Assembly: GCA_002269645.1 (NCBI GenBank)
Contig: NIVC01002247.1
Location: 62,001-126,000, forward strand
Source of the DNA: Macrostomum lignano
Lineage: Eukaryota
Direction: 5' to 3'
DNA length: 64,000 bases
Translations under genes and position numbers: made by a program
Part shown: one piece after another, positions 51,505 through 63,289 of the stretch
How the letters are laid out: each line of letters begins with the position of its first letter
Position numbering within the stretch: the first letter of the stretch is position 1
The notes under the pieces: generated by a model
Databases searched by the model: none
Told to the model about the DNA's origin: nothing
The model's input: only the letters and a program-made list of their open reading frames with translations

Positions 51505-53790
51505 ATTGCTGGCTTATCTGCCCCAATACACAGTGGGTGCCTGGCTTATCTGCCCAATACACAGTGGGTGCCTGGCTTATCTGCCCAATACACAGTGGGT
51601 GCCTGGCTTATCTGCCCCAATACACAGTGGGTGCCTGGCTTATCTGCCCCAATACACAGTGGGTGCCTGGCTTATCTGCCCCAATACACAGTGGGTGCCT
51701 GGCTTATCTGCCCCAATACACAGTGGGTGCCTGGCTTATCTGCCCCAATACACAGTGGGTGCCTGGCTTATCTGCCCAATACACAGTGGGTGCCTGGCTT
51801 ATCTGCCCAATACACAGTGGGTGCCTGGCTTATCTGCCCCAATACACAGTGGGTGCCTGGCTTATCTGCCCCAATACACAGTGGGTGCCTGGCTTATCTG
51901 CTCCAATACACAGTGGGTTCCTGGCTTATCTGCTCCAATACACAGTGGGTGCCTGGCTTATCTGCCCAATACACAGTGGGTGCCTGGCTTATCTGCCCCA
52001 ATACACAGTGGGTGCCTGGCTTATCTGCCCCAATACACAGTGGGTGCCTGGCTTATCTGCCCCAATACACAGTGGGTGCCTGGCTTATCTGCCCAATACA
52101 CAGTGGGTGCCTGGCTTATCTGCCCAATACACAGTGAGTTCCTGGCTTATCTGCCCCAATACACAATGGGTTCCTGGCTTATCTGCCCCAATACACAGTG
52201 GGTTCCTGGCTTATCTGCCCCAGTATACATTTGGGTGCCTGCCTTATCTGGCCCAATACACAGTGGGTTCCTGGCTTATCTGCCCCAATACACAGTTGAG
52301 CGCCTGGCTTATCTGCCCCAATACACAGTGGGTTCCTGGCTTATCTGCCCCAATACACAGTGGGTGCCTGGCTTATCTGCCCCAATACACAGTGGGTGCC
52401 TGGCTTATCTGCCCCAATACACAGTGGGTGCCTGGCTTATCTGCCCAATACACAGTGGGTGCCTGGCTTATCTGCCCCAATACACAGTGGGTGCCTGGCT
52501 TATCTGCCCCAATACACAGTGGGTGCCTGGCTTATCTGCCCAATACACAGTGGGTGCCTGGCTTATCTGCCCAATACACAGTGGGTGCCTGGCTTATCTG
52601 CCCCAATACACAATGGGTGCCTGGCTTATCTGCCCCAATACACAGTGGGTGCCTGGCTTATCTGCCCCAATACACAGTGGGTGCCTGGCTTATCTGCCCA
52701 ATACACAGTGGGTTCCTGGCTTATCTGCCCCAATACACAGTGGGTTCCTGGCTTATCTGCCCCAATACACAGTGGGTGCCTGGCTTATCTGCCCCAATAC
52801 ACAGTGGGTGCCTGGCTTATCTGCCCCAATACACAGTGGGTGCCTGGCTTATCTGCCCAATACACAGTGGGTGCCTGGCTTATCTGCCCCAATACACAGT
52901 GGGTGACTGGCTTATCTGCCCCAATACACAGTGGGTGACTGGCTTATCTGCCCCAGTACACATTTGGGTGCCTGCCTTATCTGGCCCAATACACAGTGGG
53001 TTCCTGGCTTATCTGCCCCAATACACAGTGGGTGCCTGGCTTATCTGCCCCAATACACAGTGGGTGCCTGGCTTATCTGCCCCAATACACAGTGGGTGCC
53101 TGGCTTATCTGCCCCAATACACAATGGGTTCCTGGCTTATCTGCCCCAATACACAGTGGGTTCCTGGCTTATCTGCCCCAATACACAGTGGGTTCCTGGC
53201 TTATCTGCCCCAATACACAGTGGGTGCCTGGCTTATCTGCCCCAATACACAGGGGTGCCTGGCTTATCTGCCCCAATACACAATGGGTGCCTGGCTTATC
53301 TGCCCCAATACACAGTGGGTGCCTGGCTTATCTGCCCAATACACAGTGGGTTCCTGGCTTATCTGCCCCAATACACAGTTGGGTGCCTGCCTTATCTGCC
53401 CCAATACACAGTGGGTTCCTGGCTTATCTGCCCCAATACACAGTTGAGCGCCTGGCTTATCTGCCCCAATACACAGTTAGGTGCCTGGCTTATCTGCCCC
53501 AATACACAGTGGGTTCCTGGCTTATCTGCCCCAATACACAGTGGGTGCCTGGCTTATCTGCCCCAATACACAGTGGGTGCCTGGCTTATCTGCCCCAATA
53601 CACAGTGGGTGCCTGGCTTATCTACCCCAATACACAATGGGTGCCTGGCTTATCTGCCCCAATACACAGTGGGTGCCTGGCTTATCTGCCCCAATACACA
53701 GTGGGTGACTGGCTTATCTGCCCCAATACACAGTGGGTGCCTGGCTTATCTGCCTCAATGTACAGTAAGTGGGTGCCTGGCTTATCTGTC
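51505..53790. repeat. 31/32-bp minisatellite x ~72 upstream of the CNOT6 ATG
   Basis: Unit GTGCCTGGCTTATCTGCCC(C)AATACACAGTGG. Confidence 0.97.
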
Positions 53791-54202
53791 TTAGCTAAGA
53801 GATCAGTTGTTTATGGACCCTGGAAAAAAGCAGTAAAGATCAGGTAAGAAGTTAGGAACAGAAATAAAAGAGGCGAATCAAATTTTTATTAAAATATAAA
53901 CTGCTTGAAAAGAATATTGAGAAGGCAGACGCATAAATCACATACATGTAGGCCACAAAGCTTTAATTGTAGTAACTAGTTTCTTACTTGTATATGGGCT
54001 GCTTTATGATAAAAAATGCAAAATTCTTTTGTTTATTACAATCAACACTACAAACAGCACTGGTACCGTAGTAAAAACCTAGCTCATAGATTTCATTTCA
54101 CTGTACAAGCAGAGAAATTATGAAAGTAATTCTGATAACTGATGGCTGCCTTTAGCGAGAGTACGAGCTGACGCATCATATCGAAAATAAAAACTGCTAA
54201 AT

Positions 54203-54484
54203 CTAGTTCATATCGCCGCTGCTATTAAGCTCAACAAACAGACAGCGAACTTCATCAACGTGAGCCAGGCAGCAGTCGGCTGAGCAGTACTCCCAGTCCC
54301 AGCGCGGATCGCTCACGGCCAAGTTGCTACAGCCGTCTCGGCAGCAGAACTGATGCCGCCTGCCGATCATTGCCACTGTGGCGGCCGCCGCCGCTGCAGC
54401 TGCTGGCTGCTCGGCTGGAGCCTGCAGTCGCGATGGCAGCGCGTAGATGAACTGGTAGCGAGCAGTGGCAGACAGGGCGCTCAT
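54203..54484 (-). CDS. 93-aa protein carrying a TOX4 C-terminal-like Cys/His motif, no HMG box
   Basis: CCRDGCSNLAVSDPRWDWEYCSADCCLAHVDEV aligns from memory with human TOX4 [33 protein letters not shown]. Upstream acceptor ttgcag| at 54527 and minus-strand AATAAA near 54032. Confidence 0.6.
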   Translation of the reverse strand: MSALSATARYQFIYALPSRLQAPAEQPAAAAAAAATVAMIGRRHQFCCRDGCSNLAVSDPRWDWEYCSADCCLAHVDEVRCLFVELNSSGDMN

Positions 54485-55368
54485 GCCTACTGATGGCCGG
54501 AGGGGTCAACAGAGTGCCACTGGGGCCTGCAATTGATCAATTATTGATTTTTATGTATAAGAAGTCGAGACTGATCAGTGACTTGGCTACTAGTCTACTA
54601 ATATTATAGAGAAGAAATTAGCAAAGCAAAGCATGAGAAGATCCCGTGTATTATAAGCAATAGAAATAGACTATCTTTGCACACCTGTAATTGGCAATAT
54701 CTACCTCCTATCCCCCCCCCATAAGCTCACGTCTAAATTTGTACAAGCGCGAAAAATATAATTATTTCTATTATCTAAACAAACTTTTAACATTTTCCCG
54801 AGTTGAAACTACTAATAGTAACATAATTGTAAAACTGCATCGAAACCAACCCACTATCATATCAATAATAATGGTGTTTATATATAGTAACGCCGTACTT
54901 TTACAGTGTCTATTACCGCACTTGGGAGTGGTTTGGCTACGCCCTCTGCTTTGCTTTCCACAGAAGAGAGATGCAGACGCAGGAATTGATAAATTTCTTG
55001 TGGCTTCACTATAATTTGTTGCAGAAAATAATATTTCTAACAAAGTATGAGATTCCAATGAATTGTTTGACTGGCTTCCTTGGTATGAATATCGGCTTTG
55101 TGCCAACCCGAGCGGAATTAATTAGCTAACCATTTTCCTTACTGACTACTCACCAGTTTGGACACCACACCCAAATTAATAATCCTATTATTATTATAAT
55201 AACAAAATGAAGACGACAAATTATTTGTAGCAGATTAATTGATTGAATAATAGGGTCCGATTTGTTTTAGTGTTTATAAAAACGTGAAAAATAAGCAGAT
55301 CGGGGACAGAGAAAATAAAATGTAGCTGCTCACATTGAATTGATTATTGATAGATGAGACAGGCTTAG

Positions 55369-55944
55369 CAGTGGTGTGATTGGAAAGTTTGCCCAATTTC
55401 GCGCCGACTGAAAATTTTCGCGCCATGCCAATGATATTCTACTGACAGCCAAATAAGTCAATTGATGACACTTTTGAGGATGCGTCTGGCTACCAATTAG
55501 CATGTCTCTCAAGTCCCAGCCGTGTCCCGCCTGAACTTCTTGTTGGCGATGTTGGGTGGAATCTTTGAATCTGGGCAAATGGCCATCAGATCCTCGGCAA
55601 GGTCCTCTTCTGACTCGAAGCTGCGATTCTTCAGTGCAATCCTGACAACACACACATCTGATCTCTGCCGCCCTTGCAGACGTAGCAGCCACATCTTCAT
55701 TGTCACTTTGCTTCTTTGCGACCACGAAATTCTCCACGAATCTCGAAATTCTCGAGATTAATCTCCTAAGCTATGACATTCTTGTATTTCATACTGTCTG
55801 ACAAGAGAATAAGTGTAAAAAGCAGAAAATAAGAATGCAATTTCGCGCCCATGGTTCCACAAAATTTCGCGCCAGACCCCCAGGATTCGCGCATTCGCGC
55901 CATTTTCGCGCCTGGCGCGAATTCGCGCCTGAATCACACCACTG
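55369..55944 (-). mobile_element. Non-autonomous hAT element (576 bp)
   Basis: TIR CAGTGGTGTGATT and perfect 8-bp TSD AGGCTTAG (55361-55368, 55945-55952). An internal fragment, LMAICPDSKI, resembles the hAT transposase (M/C)PDSKIA motif. Subterminal TTCGCGCC repeats are present. Confidence 0.9.
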
Positions 55945-56464
55945 AGGCTTAGCCAAAGCGAAAATAATATCGACAGGGCAGGTATAATGAAGATGATTGG
56001 CTTCGGTGTAGGAGAATCGTGAATCAATGCACGCTGAAATTGTCAATAGCTGCTGACAAGTGAAGATGAGCAGTCAGTACAAAAGTACAAGCAATAAATC
56101 AGGCGTCAGGGATTAAGATAAAAATTGCAATAGAAAAATATGATTACCTTGGGAAGTTTCCGAAATACAAAAATGATTTAAAATTATAGACAGTTTCGGA
56201 CGCAACAGTGCCTAATGCTTTGCAAATTGAAAATGCTTTTCACAATAAGAAGCTAAAAAAACTAATTAAAGAAAAGTTGCTAAAAAATAAACAACACAGT
56301 GGAAAAGCACTGGCGGACAGGCCAACTAAAAATACAACTTGACAGCTGTTTGACTTGGCATTTGTGATTTATGACACGAATTTTTGGCAATATAGGTCAT
56401 TGATGAAGCTTAGCTTATGTAGGGTAAATTTGATAGGCCGAATGCTTGTCTTGAAAAAATTAAG

Positions 56465-57107
56465 CATGAGAGCTGTTCTCATCATTGAGCTCTGCTCTGA
56501 GCATGAGAACTGTTCTCATCATTGAGCTCTACTCTGAGCATGAGAACAGTTCTCATCATTGAGCTCTAACTCTGAGCATGAGAACAGTTCTCATCATTGA
56601 GGGCTCTGCTCTGAGCATGAGAACAGTTCTCACCATTGAGCTTTGCTCTGAGCATGAGAACAGTTCTCATCATTGAGCTCTGCTCTGAGCATGAGAACAG
56701 TTCTCGTCATTGAGCTCTGCTCTGAGCATGAGAACAGTTCTCGTCATTGAGCTCTGCTCTGAGCATGAGAACAGTTCTCATCATTGAGCTCTGCTCTGAG
56801 CATGAGAACAGTTCTCGTCATTGAGCTCTGCTCTGAGCATGAGAACAGTTCTCATCATTGAGCTCTGCTCTGAGCATGAGAACAGTTCTCGTCATTGAGC
56901 TCTACTCTGAGCATGAGAACAGTTCTCATCATTGAGCTCTGCTCTGAGCATGAGAACAGTTCTCGTCATTGAGCTCTGCTCTGAGCATGAGAACAGTTCT
57001 CATCATTGAGCTCTACTCTGAGCATGAGAACAGTTCTCATCATTGACATCTGCTTTGAGCATGAGAACAGTTCTCATCCTTGAGCTCTACTCTGAGCATG
57101 AGAACAG
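56465..57107. repeat. 37-bp palindromic minisatellite x ~17
   Basis: Unit GAGCTCTGCTCTGAGCATGAGAACAGTTCTCATCATT; contains the inverted repeat ATGAGAAC-a-GTTCTCAT. Confidence 0.95.
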
Positions 57108-57247
57108 TCCTCCCAAACGGAAAAGAAATCATTAATAGACAGGAAATGCAAGAATTTCAGCCTTCTTGCATAAAATCAATAAAAGTACAGTCTGATAATT
57201 ATTTTAGCAGCGACTAGTTAACCGTACAATCTAGTAAGCCAAACCAT

Positions 57248-60200
57248 TCAAAGCCGATGTAGCCGCTTTTTCAAGCTAAGCCGCTGCTTCGGCGGCGGAG
57301 GCGGCTTCACTGGGCTGGTTTGCAGCAGGAACGGGCAGTGGCGGTACAGGTGCCCGTCGGTCAGGCAGTTCAGGCAGAAGGCAAAGCCGCACTCGGTCTC
57401 CGGCCGGGTGCAACGCCCGATGCGGGTGTCCGGATCGACTCTGGCCGGCCAGCGGCAGCGCGGACACGGGCGCAGGCCCTGATTGTTTACCAGCCGCTTG
57501 CTCTCCTCAACGAATGCGTCGAACAAGCGGCCGCCGCCGCCGCTGCTGCCACCGACGCTAGCGGCTTCGCCGGCGTCGGCCTGAAAACTGTCAACTACGG
57601 CGACTGGCGGTGCCATCCTCAAAGCACGCCGCGGCGGCTGGCTGGGCCAAGCCGGACTGGATGTCGACGGCGCCGGCGACGTCTCCATGGCAACCGCCGC
57701 CGATAACTGCGCGTCACCGAAGGTCCCGCCGGCGCTAGGAACGACAGTTGAAGCGGCCGACAAGCTGCTCCGACGGCTGGCGCCGGCGCCGCTTTCGTTT
57801 AGGCTGCGATTTTCTATAGAAGACGTCGACGAGCTGTCCAGCGTGGCTCGGCGATGTTTCCGACGCCGACGGCGATGATGGCGACGGCTAGTCGGGTCTT
57901 TGTCGGCTCTGCCGCCAGCCCCGACGTCGCTTCTGGCCGGGCCGCCACGGGTGCCGAATCTGGGGAGTCGGGAGAAAAAGTAATTTAGTTCAAAAAGGAA
58001 TTCGACGTTCAAGAAAAGGTTCGGAGCCGCCACTTTGGATTGCCAAGATGTTATTGTGCAGCATCCAGGCACCACTATGGGATATCCAGGCACCACTATG
58101 GGATATCCAGACACCACTATGGGATATCCAGACACCACTATGGGATATCCAGACACCACTATGGGATATCCAGACACCACTATGGGATATCCAGACACCA
58201 CTATGGGATATCCAGACACCACTATGGGATATCCAGCCACAACTATGGGATATCCAGCAACCACTATGGGATATCCAGGCACCACTATGGGATATCCAGG
58301 CACCATTATGGGATATCCAGCCACAACTATGGGATATCCAGCAACCACTATGGGATATCCAGGCACCACTATGGGATATCCAGCCACAACTATGGGATAT
58401 CCAGCAACCACTATGGGATATCCAGGCACCACTATGGGATATCCAGGCACCACTATGGGATATCCAGGCACCACTATGGGATATCCAGGCACCACTATGG
58501 GATATCCAGGCACCACTATGGGATATCCAGGCACAACTATGGGATATCCAGCAACCACTATGGGATATCCAGGCACCACTATGGGCTATCCAGTCATCAC
58601 TATGGGGATGTCTAGACACACCACTATGGGATATCCAGGCACCACTATGGGCTATCCAGTCATCACTATGGGGATGTCTAGGCACACCACTATGGGATAT
58701 CCAGGCACCACTATGGGCTATCCAGTCATCACTATGGGGATGTCTAGGCACACCACTATGGGATATCCAGTCATTACTATCGGGATTTCTATGTACCACT
58801 ATCGGATATCCAGTCATCATTATCGGGATGCCTAGGCACCACTATGGGGATATGCAGGCGCCACTGTCTATCCGATATCCAGGCACCACTATATGGGGAT
58901 ATCCAGTCATCACTATGGGGATGTCCAGGCACTACCATAGAATTATCCAGACGGGTTCATGAGAAATGCCCGCAGACGAATTGCCCGTCGAGATTTGCCC
59001 GCGAGTGAATTGCCCGCCCAGATTTTTCCCGCCGAGGTTTGCCCGCAATGCTTTTTTCCTGCAGCGCATTTGACCATGCGGCAGATTTTGCCTGCATTGC
59101 CTCCCAATGCTAAGTAAGTTGTAATAAAGAGATTTCCACAATCAAAACGTTTCGTTAGTAACTGCATATCAAATGCATATTTTTTGCGGGGGGGCAATGC
59201 AGTCAGAATCTAGCTGCCAAGCAGTAAAAAAGCATTGCGGGCAAACCTCGGCGGGAAAAATCTCGGCGGGCAATTCGCTCGCGGGCATTTCTCATACTCC
59301 CTATCCAGACACCACCATGGTGGTATCGAGGCATCACTAAAGGATAGTCCAGGCTGCAGGCATCACTATAGGATAATTCAGGCATCACTATAGGATAATT
59401 CAGGCACCACTATGGGATATCCAGGCACCACTATAAGGACACCTAAACACCAATCGGGAATATAGAGGCGCCAATCGGGAATATAGAAGCGCCAATCGGG
59501 AATATAGAGGCGCCAATCGGGAATGTAGAGGCGCCAATCGGGAATATAGAGGCGCCAATCGGGAATACAGAGGCGCCAATCGGGAATATAGAGGCGCCAA
59601 TCGGGAATGTAGAGGCGCCAATCGGGAATATAGAAGCGCCAATCGGGAATATAGAGGCGCCAATCGGGAAGATAGAGGCGCCAATAGGGAATATAGAGGC
59701 GCCAATCGGGAAGATAGAGGCGCCAATCGGGAATATAGAGGCGCCAATCGGAAATATAGAGGCGCCAATCGGAAATATAGAGGCGCCAATCGGGAATGTA
59801 GAGGCGCCAATCGGGAATATAGAGGCGCCAATCGGGAATATAGAGGCGCCAATCGGGAATATAGAAGCGCCAATCGGGAATATAGAGGCGCCAATCGGGA
59901 ATATAGAGTCGCCAATCGGGAATATAGAGGCGCCAATCGGGAATATAGAGGCGCCAATCGGGAATATAGAGGCGCCAATCGGGAATATAGAGGCGCCAAT
60001 CGGGAATATAGAGGCGCCAATCGGGAATATAGAGGCGCCAATCGGGAATATAGAGGCGCCAATCTGGAATATAGAGGCGCCAGTGAAAAACATCAAGCAA
60101 CAAAAAGCCCATTTACAACAGACAGACCTATCAACTAGCTGACGCCATCGGGAGCTGACAAGGCGCATTCGGGCGCAGGTGGCCGCATCAAAGCCGGCCC

Positions 60201-60546
60201 GCTTGAACAGGCAGTCCAACAGGAATCCGGAGCGGTCGTAGTCGTCCAGCTCAGCCAGGAAGTCCACCTGCTCTACGGCTATCCGGGTGCCAATTAAGCG
60301 CGGATTCTTCTGCCGCTGAGCATACCCGATCAGCCGCTTGAGTCCCTGCCTGTGCACCGGAGGCAGCCGGCTCATCATGTCGCGGAAGCAAAGCGACCCA
60401 GGTGTGGCGCTGCTAGCGGAGGAAATTTCGTTTTCCATCTCGGTTGCGCCGATGCCGGAGTCGGCAAACAGGCCGCTATCCATCGTCGGGGCGGAGCTGG
60501 AGTCGGCGGCGGCGGCGGCGGAGGCAGCAGGGGCGTCAGTGTCCAT
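57248..60546 (-). CDS. FBXO5: Emi1/Emi2/Rca1-family F-box APC/C inhibitor, 2 exons, ~376 aa
   Basis: Exons 60546-60128 and 57959-57248 (phase 2, 1,131 nt); an alternative ATG lies at 60585. Motifs: DSG degrons, F-box RLIGTRIAVEQVDFLAEL, RRAL D-box-like, ZBR CPRC..PA...C....CGFAFCLNCL...H...C, and C-terminal KKRLHRL (RL tail). FBXO5 versus FBXO43 cannot be resolved. Confidence 0.85.
58061..58930. repeat. 21-bp minisatellite A (CCAGGCACCACTATGGGATAT) in the Emi1 intron
   Basis: About 40 copies, with variants. Confidence 0.95.
58953..59301. mobile_element. MITE, Mutator-like (349 bp)
   Basis: Long TIRs (GGG...ATGAGAAATGCCCGC...GCAATGCTTTTT) and 9-bp TSD TATCCAGAC at 58944-58952 and 59302-59310. 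Confidence 0.9.
59450..60082. repeat. 21-bp minisatellite B (GAGGCGCCAATCGGGAATATA) x ~30
   Basis: Tandem copies in the Emi1 intron. Confidence 0.95.
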
Positions 60547-62379
60547 CTGGGAGTGATGCGCCGTGCACTCCGGCTTCCGAGGCATAAAATTAGAGAACAC
60601 AAATTAATAAACTTATTTACTACTAATTTGCACAATGCCTTTTCTACATTAATGCGTCAAGACTGACTCTAACAGACTAGCTATCTATGTTGGCTGTATA
60701 AACTGAGGTCTACGCTTTAATGTTTCAATGAACTATGAGTAATGACCAGTGAAAGCTAGAGTCCATCTAGGCTACACTACAAGAAATTTGGCTCTTGGTT
60801 GTTTTAGATAGGAATTCTTTCTTTAATTAGCATTTCATAATTTTATGAACATAATTTTTTAAAATAATTTTTAATAATTTTATTTAAAAAAATAAAATAA
60901 AATACTTAATAATTTTTTGAAAAATAAACTTGAATGTCTACTTTTTAAGTTATTGTTATAGTTATACTGTCAAAACAGTCACATTATATAACTATTTTAA
61001 TCAGTTGTCCATACATAATTTGCAATTAATATTTAACACTCATAAAAATTAGCTATAGATAAGCTCTGTTGGTTGCATATCTGCCCATTAAGGCAGTGGC
61101 ATATGCAGTGGCAGTTGGGGCATAACACTGTTACCAAGTTGGGCCATCTTAGTGGAAGATGTTTAGGTAAAAAGCTTTAGTGAATATTTATCAATGTTTT
61201 TGTTATGAACATTGAGTACCTAATTTTCAGAGAGGAATAGATTATTAATTTCTAAACATAGATGAAGCTTTAATATGAGCTAATATTCTGGTGAGAATCA
61301 GGTCAAATGAAAAATAACTTTATACAATGAGATGCTAGGAGAATAGCAATGTCACTTTTTGTCTTTTTGATTAACAAAAATTAAATTGTTATACACCTTG
61401 AATTGCATCATAGTGTTGAAAAAACATTGTGGAAGCAAAGAATAAGACTTGATTAAGACTATGTAACTATTCAAATATATTGTTAACATTGATGGAAACT
61501 GATACTGACTAACTAAGCAATTGACTACATAATAACTGCCTTTTCTGACTTGTACTCAATTTGACTTGATATGACTGTTAAATTAAGTGCTATGATTCAT
61601 ATTATTGATTGGATGAGAACTGGCCTAGATATTATAAAGACTAAACTGCTAATGCAACAATGTAGGTTTGAATTTTTATAGTGTAAATTATTGTCTTGAA
61701 TCATTTTTAAAGGTAAAAAGTATGAACTATAAAATAGAAAGACAATAAAATATTAGAAGTCAAACAAAAAAACTTCATATAAACCTTAAATAAAGCACCA
61801 TACATGCGCAACTTCTGAAATTACGCTGGCCATGCGACTTAGTTTTCGATAAAAAATGCGACTTACCTATGAAAGAGCCAAGCAAAAACTTTAGGTAAAC
61901 GGCAGGAGTAACTATGACCATATTTTTTAAAGCTAAATGCCTCGCCAGCTAATTAGTCCTGCGTGCAGATTCCGCGTTTTTATAACAGCTAATCAGTGTC
62001 ATCTAGTGGCGGCATGAAGCAATTAGTAAATTGTCAGTACAGTGTAGTGAGCATACTACAAAAGTCATGATTCATGAATGTCCAGAAGTAAGTGAAGTGA
62101 ATACAGTGTGACCTATAGCTCAAGAACGATTTGCTAGACGATTTGGCATGGAAGATGAGAGCCCTGATTCAGATGGCTCATCAGATGCAGAATACGAATC
62201 CAGTAGAGATACAAGCTGTGAAAACCCACAGATTTTTAAACCACTGAATTCTAATTCCCGGAACTATTTTTGCATAGATTCTAAATTTGAAGTCATGCTC
62301 AAACAAAAACTTGTTAACAGTTAGGAAAAAGGCAAAGATGGGAGTAATGCATGTTAAACTAAGATTTGAGGCCTTTGCA

Positions 62380-63060
62380 AATTCTCTCCATTCCTCAATC
62401 TTCTCATCCTCTTTTTCTTTTCTCTCTCATCCCTTATCCCTTCTCTCTTTCCTCTCCTCTCTCCTCTCTTTCCTCTCCTCTCCTATCTCTTCTGTCTCCT
62501 CTCTACATTCTTATCTCTCCTCTCGTCTCTCTCCATTCCACTCTACTCTCTCATCTTATCTTCCCTCTCGTCTCTCTCCACTCTACTCTCTCATTATCTC
62601 TCCTCTCTTTTCTACTCTCTCGTCTCTCCTCTCTTCACTCTCCTCTCATCTCCTCTTTATCCTCTCGTCTCTCATCTACTCTCTCCTCTTTCCTCTTTCC
62701 TCTCTTCTGATCTCATCCATCATCTTTTCTTTCCTCTTTTCTCTCATCTCCTCTTCTCTCTCATCTCTTTTTCCTCCCTCAGCTTTTCTCTCCTCTTCTA
62801 TCTTTTCTCCCATCGCATCGCTCGCCTCTCCTCTGTTTGCTTATCTCTAATCTTCTATTCCCTCTACTTTGAAGTAAGAAAATATGCACATATTTTTGCT
62901 GAAGATAAGAGGAGAGAAGAGGGCATTGAGGAGAAAGGGTAGAGAGAAAGGGGAGAAGAGAGGAGAGTAAAAATGAGAGGAGAGAGAAGAGGGAAAAGGG
63001 GGAGAGAGAGAAGAGGGGAGGCAAGGTAGAGAAGAAGAGAGAGATGAGAGTTGAAGAGAC
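62380..63060. repeat. CT-rich low-complexity tract followed by a GA-rich tract
   Basis: Pyrimidine-rich 62380-62860 and purine-rich 62900-63060. Confidence 0.85.
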
Positions 63061-63089
63061 ACCAACCTTGCTACTCGTAGTTAGGAAGT

Positions 63090-63155
63090 TTCAAAGAACC
63101 CGAGGGGCGAGGGCCAGATAGAGGGGCTTCGCGAGCCGGAGTTTGCCAACCCCTG
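63090..63155. mobile_element. Solo hAT-like terminus
   Basis: AGTTTGCCAACCCCTG is the reverse complement of CAGGGGTTGGCAAACT, a typical hAT TIR. No partner end was found in the window. Confidence 0.4.
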
Positions 63156-63289
63156 CTCCAGAGTTTAAGAAATGACGCGGGCTTCTGATTTCAAAGATCT
63201 TGTCTGTGGTTGAAGGCTTCTATTCTGTTTTTGCTCTCCTGCCACACTTGCACCTACTACCCCCTGATTGCCTCTGATTGTGACTTACT

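Noticed and set aside
51381-54484. TOX4-C/CCR4 fusion protein by cis-splicing
   Set aside because: The only obvious donor (GAA|gttcgc, phase 0) does not match the phase 1 and phase 2 acceptors near 51500. The ORF also ends in a TOX4-like C-terminus followed by AATAAA.
56465-57107. CRISPR-like 37-bp palindromic repeat
   Set aside because: No unique spacers, no cas genes, and a eukaryotic context.
62148-62324. Short acidic ORF MEDESPDSDGSSDAEYE...
   Set aside because: Fewer than 60 codons, with no splice support or domain. Possibly a TE remnant, but unsupported.
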